A stretch of DNA of 64,000 nt. Origin: Lama guanicoe. Lineage: Eukaryota. Positions 53,281 through 64,000 of the stretch are shown here, piece after piece. The first letter of the stretch is position 1; every line of letters begins with the position of its first letter. Where the stretch lies: assembly GCA_013239625.1 (NCBI GenBank), contig MU055753.1, positions 3,892,153 through 3,956,152 on the forward strand, written 5' to 3'. The position numbers were made by a program, and so were the translations under genes. The notes beneath the pieces were generated by a model. The model saw only the letters and a list, made by a program, of their open reading frames with translations. It was not told where the DNA came from and did not search any database.

Positions 53281-56200
53281 CAGGAAAGGGCTTTGGTGTC
53301 AGCGGTTTACCGAGTGCAACTAACTGAAGCACAGAGAGGGAGAGGCTGCATTGGGGAGTGGGGATGCTAAGGTCGGATCTCCAAGGATCTTGGCTTTCAG
53401 GGGCGGGTGGGGAGCCTGAGAAGGCACAGGCCTTGCTGGAGACAAGAAAGCGAGGCCCCTTGGCTAAGACAGATTTCAGGAAAGTGGGTTGTGGTCCAGC
53501 TCTGCCTCCAGATGGAGTATAGTTTTATAAAACGGAGGTTGGGCGATTTTTGCTCAGCAGCACCTACAGTGACAGCACTCACGGCTCCTGGAACACCTCC
53601 GTCCTACTCTCCTGTTGTGGCAGCCAAGTCACCCAGAAGCCAACTGCAGAGGGTTGGACTTCAGCCACAGCCAAGATAGTGCCTGCAGGGACTCAGCCCA
53701 CCCCCAACTTCCTCACCTGCATGGAAGTGACAACGAACAGCCTCTGATCGAGTGTGGCTGCGGGATCACGAGAAGATGGATTCAAGAGCCAGCTGCTAGT
53801 GTGGGCTCAGTGACCACGGTTCCCTCTCCTTCCCAGCCTCTTTCCCTGTGCACTGCCTGGGGTGATTGGGTCAGGACTGGTGTCCACAGCCCTATAACCT
53901 CCCTGAACAGCTGAAGTTGAGCCTGGTGACCTGATAGACAAGGTTCCCGCCCACTCACTGCACAGTTTTGTGGAGCCAGTCCTACATGGGGGTGGGGAGA
54001 GAGCAGGAGCATATCAGCCCTCCACAATAAGGGGCCAAGGCCTGTTATGGAGAGAAACCTGGGTCCCCAGAAAAGGGCCTCAGGGGAAGTCTTCAAGTCT
54101 GTCCCAGGAGGGAACTGGAACAGGTTCTACATGCAGGGGAGGCAGGAGACCAGAGCAGCATCTGTGGTGTCAGCCTGTAATCACCTCTCATGTTCTGAGG
54201 AACACAGATGGACAGTTTAACTCTAAAGCAAAAGATATGGGATTTCAAGGGATAGCAGCCCCGGGGGGAGAGGAAAGAGCCCACCTGGAGGGGTCGGGGA
54301 GGGCAGAAAGAGTCCTCTGGGGTGGGATGGGAGGCATTAGGTCAAGCGTCTCTGGGTAGGTCTCACTGGTGCCCACACTTGCCATGGCTTTGGGACACAG
54401 CAGTGAATAAGACACCCAGATGCCCTTAAGGAGTGGAGATTCTGTGGGATGAGGGACCCTCCCTGGTGTGACACACCTGTGCTCTGGCTAGTTTTACATA
54501 ATGATCCATGGGTGAGCTACCTTCTTTAGGCCTCCATCTTCTGGTCCTGAACCACCCACAGATGGAGTGACAGGCACTGGGACACATTCCTTTAGAGTGG
54601 ACAGGCTGGAGCAGGCCTGAGCGGAGGGCCTGGTAAGTGCCCATGGGACACTGGAGGAACCACGGGCAGGGGCCCGCCTGTGCAGCCACCTGCCAGCAGT
54701 CTTCTTCCAGGGGAGGGGCAGAGCCTTGCTCTGTGCTCTTCAGTCAAGAACTGGCCAAGACTTTGGTCAAGCCACAGCTCTAGCAACATAAGTAGAGCCC
54801 AGGGCCAGGACACTTTGGGGCTGGGGGGGGGGTGGAAGGTCCCCATACAGAAGAGATGTACTTGGGCCTTGATACTGGCCTCATGTGTCCCACAGCAGCC
54901 CCCTCCAGCATGCTCTGCCCGGGCCACCTGTAAGCAGCTCTCTAGGAAGATCTTCCCGGACAGCAGCCAGGTACTGCCCTGTTTCCATTTACAATGGGTT
55001 TTTGTTACATGTTCTCCCACCCTACCCTATCCTGAGGGGAGGGCTGTGTCTCTCTGTTGGGCTGGGGATCCCTTCAAGACCAGGGAAGGGATCTCAGCAT
55101 CGGCTGTTGGTGGAGCCAGCTGGACTGCAGAGAGGCCCCCACGTGTTTAAGAGTGGAAATGGAATGGAGGGGTTGGCAGGCACCGGTGGGCATGGGGAGG
55201 AGGAAGCTGCTCCCGCTCCTCCCCTTCCTGGTTCTGCCCTACCCTGATGGAGGGAGAGGCCCCACCCCATACCTGGTTTGTCCTTGCTGAGTTGGCCCCG
55301 CAGGCTCCAGGCAGACACATAAGGATGTGTCATCAAAGTCAAAGCAGAGGCACTGGCTTCTTGGACCACCAGGGATCCCCTCAGTGCAGCTGGGCTGGGG
55401 ACAAGGCCCTCCCAGGTGGCCTCCTGAACCCGCTGTGGCAGCTGGGCACCCCCAGCGCTGAGTCCCACCAGAAGCCTGGGGGTGAAGCCCACACACCAGT
55501 GCCCTCCCTGACTGCTCCCTGGCTGTGTGGCCAGTTAGTCCCACCTGGCAAGGACTTGTACCCTTAGGTACAAGTCCCAACCCCACTAATGGACTAGATA
55601 ATGTGTTCGATTGACTCTGGGGAGCTACCACCTATGAGCACCAGGAGCCCAGGTGGGGGCCTGCATCCTCTCCAGACCCTCTCCTGGAATCCTGCTGGCT
55701 CCACACAGGAACTCTACACTCTCCAAGTTGCCTCCTCAGTGCCACCTTGTGCATCATCCAGGACTCCTGGCCTGACTGCTGACCCTTGGAGTCCTAATGC
55801 CACACCCTAGCTGAGGATGAGGCCTGGGGCCCTGCTCACTGCAGGCCAGGCCAGGTCAACCATCGTCAGTCTGGACTGGGGAATCAAGTTGGGGGACTGT
55901 TGGCTAACAACCCCCCTTTCAAGTCAGATTTGGTCACTTACACTTAGGACCTCCTTGGTGGTGTCCCCATGAGTGTAGTAGCACCTGAGCTCTCCTTCCC
56001 CAGCCCCTTGCCCACATCTCCAGCCTAATTCCAGGGAGCCCTTGTATTTCCTGTGCTTTCATCTGGGTACTCTGTTCACAGCCCCTCCTGGGGCCCTTTT
56101 CTTCATTCCTGATTACGTGTCCTACCGGGACGGGCCCCAGAGACTTGTGATGCTGCCCCTGTTCCTCCCTTTCCCACCATGCTGGCCCTTGGCACTGTGC

Positions 56201-56645
56201 TGGCAGCTGGGCTGCACCTGGGTACCATGAATAAATGGTCCTCTACCTTGCTGCCCTGCCCCAGGAGCATCTTTGCTGGACTCTGGGGGCCCAGCCTGGA
56301 GATAACCAACCCGTGGCCTCTGGGAGGGGTTGGCTCGACCAGAAGGCCTCCCACTGTCTAAGCCCAGATGATTCCTTGGGGAGCTCCTGCCCGCCCCTCA
56401 GCCCTGGCAGAGGCAGCACCACCTCTCATCTGTGCGGCCCACCCCTCACCCCACCTCACTCTCCCACATCTAGGCCTCTGTCACTCTGCCTGGAAGTCTT
56501 TCTCAAAGGGGTAAAAACAGGGTCAGTGTGCAAGTCAGTGCCTGGCATTCGCATGAAGGTCATAGCCACAGCTGTCAAGTGAGGCACAGAAACAGACCCA
56601 GTCTGCGTGGCAGGGCGCAGCAGGGCAGGAAGCAGAGTTCCAGTG

Positions 56646-56651
56646 TTTATT
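56646..56651 (-). terminator. RAB11FIP3: RAB11FIP3 polyadenylation signal AATAAA
   Basis: tttatt on +, about 1.3 kb past the stop, next to the assembly gap. Confidence 0.7.
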
Positions 56652-56661
56652 ATCATACATA

Positions 56662-56826
56662 NNNNNNNNNNNNNNNNNNNNNNNNNNNNNNNNNNNNNNN
56701 NNNNNNNNNNNNNNNNNNNNNNNNNNNNNNNNNNNNNNNNNNNNNNNNNNNNNNNNNNNNNNNNNNNNNNNNNNNNNNNNNNNNNNNNNNNNNNNNNNNN
56801 NNNNNNNNNNNNNNNNNNNNNNNNNN
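56662..56826. other. Assembly gap (165 N) in the RAB11FIP3 3'UTR
   Basis: Run of N. Confidence 1.
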
Positions 56827-57969
56827 GCAACGTCTTAAATCTTAGTGTAGAAGGTGGGCCACGTGAGGGTGGAGGGACACAGGGCCACACATGCTCACAC
56901 ACACACGCACGCATACACACACCCTCACATACGTGCTCACACACAGCAGTGGCCAGCCTGTGTGCAGGGTTATGGCCCACCTGGGAGCACCCGGAGGCTC
57001 CTGGCCAGTGCTCAGGCTTGGGGTGGGGGGCAGGCCCAGCAGACCCCGTGGAGTGACGCTGCTGCTCCTGGCAGTGCAGGCGCCGGGCAGGGGCTTCCTT
57101 AAAGGAACCCCAAGCCACCAGGAAGGCCTTGATCTGTGTACCTGGAGAACCTGCCCTGCCCAGCCTCCTGCAAAATGCACCTCGGGGAGGCACGAGAACT
57201 TCTAAAGACTTCAAACCTCCCGAAGAGATGTGGTTCAGACCTAGGAAACCTGGGCTTCCCCAGAGACAGCCGAGGTCCGCACAGGGAAGGGGGACACACC
57301 CCTGGGGAGGCAGCACCTTGCCTCAGCCCTGCCTGCATCCCCAGACTTGGCAGGGACCAGTGACACCCACCTAGGCCAGACAGCACATTCCACCCTGTTG
57401 GATTCTCAAGTCAGAGCCCCTGAGAGTTACTGCAGCGAGGGCAAAGCTGTGTGGCCTGAAGGGCCCCTGGGCCTGAAGCTGGACCAAGGTGCCTTCTGGA
57501 TGGGTGGTGGCCTGAGCAGCCCCACGAAAGCTGGGGGGTCCCTGCAGTTCCTGGTCAGACCCTGACTCTCACTGGCATCGCCCACCTGCCTTCCCCACTC
57601 CACCATGTCTGGTGCCAGGGTCCTGGGGCCTCTACACCCTCCAGGAGCGGCCAAGGCTTGGGCGGCACCAGGTCAGGGGGCCTGTGCAGGCACAGGTAGC
57701 AGCACCCCCAGCAGGGACCCATTTCCTTCCTACCTTCTTTCCCTGACAAGGCAGGAAGTAGTTGAGAAGTCAGAGAGGCTCACCCCTAGACTGAGAGACT
57801 GTCCCCACCTCTGCACAGAGAGCTGCTGTGAGCTCAGTCCCGGCGTCTCTCCTCCCCCTGCCCCTGCCCAGTTGCGTGCTCCGGTGGTCAGCGTGGGACC
57901 TCTGGTCTCTGCCTGTGTGTGTGTGCTGCGGTGAGTCCTGAATGCAGTGGGGGCGGGGCCTTCCTGCCT

Positions 57970-58083
57970 CTACTTGACCTCCAGGATGGACGGGTTGGTC
58001 TCCATAATGGCCACAATGATCCTGTCGATGTAGTCCTGCAGGCGGAAGTTGATCTCTTCCTGCTTCTGGATCGCTTCCATGAG
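57970..58083 (-). CDS. RAB11FIP3: RAB11FIP3 last coding exon (114 nt)
   Basis: LMEAIQKQEEINFRLQDYIDRIIVAIMETNPSILEVK TAG. Confidence 0.96.
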   Translation of the reverse strand, partial: LMEAIQKQEEINFRLQDYIDRIIVAIMETNPSILEVK

Positions 58084-61000
58084 CTGTGGGAGGAGCAAGG
58101 GTTGGTGTCTGATGTACAGACCGCAGGCACCTGCAGGTGGCCGGGCCAAGCCAGGGGTGGGGGGCGCTACCTCGTCTCGAGAGACAGAGCTGATCTCTGC
58201 GGCCAGGGACTCAGAGAAGGACGTGGAGAAGAGGTTCTTGGCGCCCTGGATACTCAGGTTGATGATCTGCCCATTGAGCTCATCATTCTGCTCCTTCAGG
58301 CTGCGGTTGTCCTAGGGGGAACACAGCAGCCTCACTGCTTGGGGCCATGGTCCCCAGACGGCCGAGGCTGCACAGAGACTAGCAGGGGCAGGACCCCGTC
58401 TGGGCGCTGACCTGCACACGCTCCACGCCACCCCCAGAAGCCTGCCCAGCCCCTCACCTGCTTCAGCCTTCGGACCTCCTGCTCCAGCTCGCTCTCCCGC
58501 GTGCGGCTGTTGTACTCCTGCAGGCCCACACTGCTGCTCCGGCCCCTCCTCTGCTCTGCCTCCAGCTTGAAGAGCTGCAGATGCTCCAGCTGCTTGCGCA
58601 GGTCCTCGATCAGCTGTGGCCATGGGTGTCAGCTCAGCCTTGGCCTCAGGGCAGCCTGAACACCAATCCCTCCATGCGCCCAGCACCTCCACCCCAGGGG
58701 CCGGCTGCGGGCTGGCCTGCGTGCACCTGGGTGCCATACTCACCTCCTGGGTAGCCTCTTTGTCCCTCTGGAACTGGTGCCTCTCATGGCTCAGTCTGTC
58801 CCCCAGCTTCCTCCTGTTCTCCTGCTCATCGCTGAGCCGCAGCGACAACTCCTCGATCTCATCCAGCAACTTCTGCTTCTCCTGCAAGTGACACAGTTGT
58901 GTGGCCGTGCACACCTGCCGCTGTTTGCACAGCTCTCTTCAGCTATTGATGCCCTGGCTCTTGATGCACTGAGTCCAGGGGCTGCACCTGGGAACTTCCA
59001 TCACGGGCGGGCGTGGATCCAGCCAATGCACATGGCAGGTGTGCCTGCGAGGCCCCAGGGACTGTTTCTCAGGGGCAGGGCAGAAAGGACCGACACAAGA
59101 GTAGGAGGTGACCCCCAGCTACTCAGCAGGGGCTAGAAGTGCTCTCAGACGTTCCCAGGGTGCAGAGCTGTCTAGGGGACGCTGGGCGGGGTGGGTGAAG
59201 AAGGGGCACCAGGGGCCAAGCTGAAGTCAGCCCTCAAGGACATCATCCCTGGACTCAAACCAGGGGTTAATCTAAGCATGAATCTCTGAGCCCAAGAATC
59301 CTGAGAAGTGGGCAGGGTCCATCATCTTCCAGCAAAGTGACGACCAGGCCCAAGCTATCCTTGTCTACCACCTCACCTCCCCAGGCTGTAGGGCCTGGTG
59401 TCACCAGCCTGCACTTTGGAGCAGCACAGCTTGGCTGGCTACACCCTGGCAGACCCATGGGCAGACTGTGCAGCTGCCCCACTTTGGAGCACCTCTCAGC
59501 ACATCCCAACAGGCGCAGAGGCGGGGAGACAGCTCAGCTGGCAGCTCACCTCCTCCAGGCGCTCGATGCTGGCCTTCAGGCAGGGCGTGCAGGACCTCAG
59601 CTCACTGTTCTCCTCGTCCAGCTGCTGCAGCCTAGGGCACAGGAACAAGGCTGGGACCCGCTTCCCAGGAAATGCACCTCCTCGGGGAAACCTTGCTAGG
59701 AGCCGCCCAGGGACCCATGGAGCTGTCCCCCTATTGCCACATGCACCCACACAAGGGCTCTGGGCCATCGCTTCTTCATGAGTCTGGATGGTGTTTATAT
59801 ACAACTCAGGTTTGGGGAAAATCTTGGGTTTACAGAAAAGCTGCAGACAGAGAGCGAGGTCCTGTGGACCCTGAGCCCACACCGGACACACCAGACACAC
59901 TGGTAACCAAAACACGGACTCCACCCAGCTTTCCCACCAGTGCGCGTTCTGGTCTGGGGTCCCTCCCTCCCAGGAGCGCCTGGCGTTAGCCCTCATGGCT
60001 CCTGAACTTCCTGTGGTTTATAAAAGTCTCTGGACAGCCCTGGTTCTTCATGACCATGACAGTTTTGAGCAGTGTATATGGTAGAATGTCCCTCAAATTG
60101 CCTTGTCCAGTGTTTTCTCCAGACTGGACAGGATGTGGGATGGGGAGAGTCCCTTCCTGTCACAGGTGACATTGACCTGGATCACCTGGTTGAGGTGTGT
60201 GCCAGGTGTCTCCCCTATCAGATTCTACTCTTCCTGTCCATTCTCTGTTCTCTGGAAGCCAGCCATGGAGTACAGCCTGCGCTCCAACTTCCGCCTCCAT
60301 GTGTTATTTGGACCTCCTCTACGGGAGCCTCACATTGGGCTACGCCCTGGGTGGTGGTCTAGTGGTGTCATCAACTCTTGACTACTGGGGGTCCCTCAAC
60401 ACACTGTCATCCATGTGCCCTTCTGTTTGAGCATTTCCCTACTTTCTGCCTTTTCCATGTGCTCCCAGCTCAGCCACAGACCCGGCCCTTTCTCCATGGA
60501 GCCCTGGACCCCTCCACAGCCTGGCTGTCATCATCCTGCTACACTGCAGCTACTATTGTACACAATGGGCCGAGGCCAAGCCGAGGAGGCTCCTATGCTT
60601 AGCTGACCTCAGGGCTCCAGGGCTTCTGAAGGTCTGAGCAAGAACCCCAGGGAGCTGTGGGAGGCCAATAGGGCCCAGGTACACACAGATGCTGGCCTGA
60701 GGTGCACAAAGCAGGCAGTGCGTTTGCTCAGAAGCAGTGGTGACCCTGAGTCCCGCCTCACTCCCTGAGAGCCTCACAAGGCCCCATCCACTTTGTGCCC
60801 CTCCAGCTGCTGCCTGCTTGGCCAGCAGGATGCCCTGAGGTGCAGGGTCTGGTATGCAACCGTGGGAGATGGATGGCCCACCTCAGCATCCACAGCCCCT
60901 GTGGAGAGGGCCTCAGCATGCGGAGAGACACCGCTTTCTCTGTGTCCACTGGATGGCACCATGCTGAGGCCCCAGAAAGGCCTGGCTGCCCCAGGAGGTG

Positions 61001-61920
61001 GTCTCCCTATCCAGGGAGACCCTGGCACAGTTCTGCATGCAGCCCCTCTTGCCACCCTCCGTTTTGAAGATGTGTCAATGTGTATTTTCTGGGCTTTAAG
61101 AACTAGAGACAAACATACTAAGGGGCCTGGGGTTGTACACGAGTAAGTAAAACTACTGCACACTGAACTCTTCGGGCGGTGCCAGCTCAGTTAAAAAAAC
61201 TATGAAGTATCCCCACCCTCATTGTGCACCCAGGAGCGGAACTCTGGGGAAGGATAGGCAGGAACCCCAGGGTGACCTTTAAGCTGTGGCCATTTAGGTT
61301 CTCCGCCGGTTTTCTTTGACAAACACGGTTTGAGAAGCACTGGTCACCATGAGTGCTGCCTGCCCTCCAGCCCAAGCTCCTGGTTCCCGGCTGTGCCTCT
61401 GTGTGGGGTCTGCACAGCCTTCCCTCTTCACCTCCCCTTCTTCCGACTCAACTAAGGATTATGCTTCAGAGGAGCATCAGGGTAATTTTCTCAAGATGCC
61501 TTAAAAAGAGATTTCAACTTTGATTTCGATTGGTGTGACCTCCACTGGAGAAAGATTACGGAAGTAACATCTGTGTAGGGTCAGCCCTTGATTTCAGGTC
61601 TTTTGTGGCCTTTAGTAGAGTGGTACAGTTTTCTTCACAGATGCTTTTCACTGTTCTTAGAGTCAAACCTGTGCCTGGGTATCCTGCCCTCCTGGGGTGG
61701 GAGCTGTTGTTGCCTGCGTGTCTCACGATCGCTCTCCCCCGACCAGGCCTGCAGGGTCTCGATCCCACTCTCCCCGCACCTGGCCTGCAGGTTCTCGATC
61801 TCGATGCTCTTCTCCCGCTCCATCTTGCACAGGAGTTCCTTCTGCTTGCGCGTCTCTTCCAGAACCATTTCACAGGCTCTCAGCTCCTGCTCCTTCAGCT
61901 GCTCCTCCAAGGCATTGGCT
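57970..61920 (-). CDS. RAB11FIP3: RAB11FIP3 (Rab11 family-interacting protein 3), 3' part only. join(61920-61780, 59631-59550, 58881-58744, 58613-58458, 58311-58171, 58083-57970); upstream exons are not in the window
   Basis: Coiled coil ANALEEQLKEQELRACEM... through the Rab11-binding domain SVSRDELMEAIQKQEEINFRLQDYIDRIIVAIMETNPSILEVK*. Confidence 0.97.
58171..58311 (-). CDS. RAB11FIP3: RAB11FIP3 coding exon (141 nt)
   Basis: DNRSLKEQNDELNGQIINLSIQGAK...SSVSRDE|GTAGCG. Confidence 0.95.
58458..58613 (-). CDS. RAB11FIP3: RAB11FIP3 coding exon (156 nt)
   Basis: LIEDLRKQLEHLQLFKLEAEQRRGRSSS...EVRRLKQ|GTGAGG. Confidence 0.95.
58744..58881 (-). CDS. RAB11FIP3: RAB11FIP3 coding exon (138 nt)
   Basis: EKQKLLDEIEE...QRDKEATQE|GTGAGT. 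Confidence 0.95.
59550..59631 (-). CDS. RAB11FIP3: RAB11FIP3 coding exon (82 nt)
   Basis: LQQLDEENSELRSCTPCLKASIERLEE|GTGAGC. Confidence 0.95.
59790..60330 (-). mobile_element. Old LINE-1 (L1MC/L1ME-like) 3'UTR fragment
   Basis: ggtttacagaaaagctgca..., tagaatgtccctcaa..., ggtgacattgacctggatcacctggttgaggtg: antisense L1MC-type motifs from memory. Confidence 0.6.
61480..61685 (-). mobile_element. Short old LINE-1 ORF2 fragment
   Basis: T-rich ttgatttcaggtcttttgtggcctttagtagagtggtacagttttcttcacagat. Confidence 0.5.
61780..61920 (-). CDS. RAB11FIP3: RAB11FIP3 coding exon (141 nt)
   Basis: ANALEEQLKEQ...SIEIENLQAR; donor AG|GTGCGG. Confidence 0.95.
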
Positions 61921-62519
61921 CTGCAAAGGCAGATGGGGAGGGGAGAGACTGTCCTGAGATGCTGTGCCTGGTCCTGGAGAGAGAGGCCCTACCCGGAGGA
62001 GGACGTCCCCCCACAACCTACAGCCCCAGTCAAGGGCAGTTCTGAAGCAGGGGATGTACCCTCCAAACAGCCTCCACCCCCACACTGAGGGTGCAAGGGG
62101 TTCAGACCACAGCACAGTCCTGACAGCACAGAGAGTCCCTACCACTCTCGGGGAGACTCACCTTCAGCCCAGCCTGCACCAACAGTTGCCATCTGTTCAC
62201 TCTGTGTGGACAGGAGACCCTCTTGGGCACAAGCCCACCAGGTGCCCGTCCCCAGGGCACCTCACCTGACACTCCAGGCTGGGGACCTGGGGTACAGTCC
62301 CGCTCTGCCCAGGCCAGCCACAGCAGATGCAAAAGCAGGTTTAGCCAGAACACGGGGACAAAGGGAATGCTCACTTGGAGTCTTGACCCTGGCCCCTTCC
62401 AAAACCATCATGCCCACCTGCAGGAGACACGAAATGACCATCCCAAAGAGAAGGGCTCCAGACCCTGCCCATGAGTGGCATGGTTCACACACACGGGGCT
62501 TCTCGTCTGCTTTTTGGTG

Positions 62520-63150
62520 CCTCCCATCTGAGAATGAATAGACGGCCAAAGATCACCAGACACCACGAGAAAGCTCTTAACACAGAATGGCTAAAGCAAA
62601 CAGAAAAAATGACCTGAAGGAAACATACATTGTGCAGGAAACACACAGAAAGCCCTGTAGCTAAAACCCTCAGAGGCCTGAGACACCACATCCATGAAAC
62701 AGGAGCAGATGTCTCAGAGGGAATGGATAACAGAAGTAACTCAGTAATTAAAACTGGGATAAGGAGAAGTCTCAAATTCAACAGAATTGAAGGAGAAAAC
62801 CACTGATACTACACACAAAAAAAGAAAACAGAGAGTAGGAAAGCACAGCAAATGAGAGGGAAAGCCCACAAGGTCTAACATTCGATTGACAGAAGTTCAG
62901 CCAGACAAGAAAGAGGGGAAAACCGCACAGAGAAATAATCCTGGAAATCCTCCTGAAGTGGAGGGGGACAGTCTCCAGATTTGAGGCTGGAAACCACTTG
63001 CGCAGCACAGGAAATGATGAGATCCTCATGTGTCCAGGAACAGAATAGGAAGAGAACAAACAGAGCAGGGAGACCAGGGCACCAGCCCTCTTCCTACCAG
63101 AGCCTACTTCCAACCAGAACTACAGACTCAGCCACGCTACCAAAGGGGAG
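62520..63150 (+). mobile_element. Degenerate HAL1 / L1-ORF1-like fragment
   Basis: A-rich; caaagatcaccagacacc..., ggtctaacattcgattgacagaagttc, agaaataatc...ctcctgaag...tctccagatt. Confidence 0.55.
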
Positions 63151-64000
63151 GGGAGGAGCGGGGGACACCAAACACATTTTCATATGTGCGAGGTCCTAGA
63201 GGACCTGGCTCCTAAGCACACTTTCCCAGGCAATAGGGGATCTGTTCAGAAAATGAGTAAGCAGAGAACTTGTGGAATCTGGAAAGTCAGAAACCAAACA
63301 CGGACAAAGCACGTGGAGTTCCTACAACGGCAGTCAAAGGAGAGCAGAAGCGGCGGCAGAAGCATGTTGTTTAGGGGAACTCAGGCAAACACCAGAAGAA
63401 ACATCCCCAGGAACTGGACATGGCTGACCCCGGAGCTGCTGGCGGGTAGGGCACGGAGCGTGGACTCTCCACTATGTACGTGGATGACTGACAAATGCCC
63501 ATCAGATTAGATGAACCTCCCTAGTCAGCTAGAGAAAGGATCTGGTGGCCCACCCAGATCCCTGGACAAGGATGGGGAAGGAGGAAGAGTGTCTCTGGAG
63601 ATGCATCACATTCTTGGTGCAGCACTGGAAACCCAGCCCTCAAAGCAGTGTGTGGAGGAGCCCACGATGACATGCTGCACCCCAGCTCTAAGCCTCCAGA
63701 GAGCAGATTGCCTTCCTGACACCAGAGGACAGGTCATGAAGGCCAGCCTCGCCCAGGGTGGGAAGTAAGGCAGGGGTCCAGTAGCCATGGTGCACACGCC
63801 CGGTGCTGGGTCGTTGGGGAGGAGCCCGAGCAGAGCCAGGCCTCAATAGCCACCTGGCAAAAACATGCCACACGCACAGCGCTTCCAGCCTCCGGTGCCC
63901 ACCAGCTTGGCCCCAGAAGCAGTGTGTCCCCACAGCTCGTACTTTGCAGAAGCACTGCTCTGAGGTTCACGTCATGACTGGCTTCCTGACACTGAAAAGG

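Noticed and set aside
56456-57316. ORFs spanning the N gap
   Set aside because: Artefacts of translating through Ns within the RAB11FIP3 3'UTR.

Overview
GC-rich placental-mammal genomic DNA (probably non-primate and non-rodent; no young SINEs seen) syntenic to human 16p13.3. Five genes lie on the minus strand, from right to left. (1) RAB11FIP3: last 6 coding exons and 3'UTR, with a 165-N gap. (2) CAPN15/SOLH: complete, 11 coding exons, 1081 aa, CpG-island promoter at about 52.4 kb. (3) PRR35/C16orf11: 2 coding exons, 560 aa. (4) NHLRC4. (5) PIGQ: complete, 10 coding exons, 581 aa. Exon boundaries were read by hand from GT/AG sites and give continuous reading frames. Main findings: a CpG-rich exon-like segment inside CAPN15 (about 44081-43792) splices in frame to the first coding exon and would add a 68-aa N-terminus beginning with a myristoylation motif (MGSSASS). 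The NHLRC4 frame encodes a full six-repeat NHL propeller although the human start Met is Ile here, and it has a stop-riddled fossil upstream exon and a probably artefactual 243-bp tandem duplication. The long (about 760 aa) human PIGQ isoform cannot be made here. Comparisons to human proteins and repeat consensus sequences are from memory; no database search was run.
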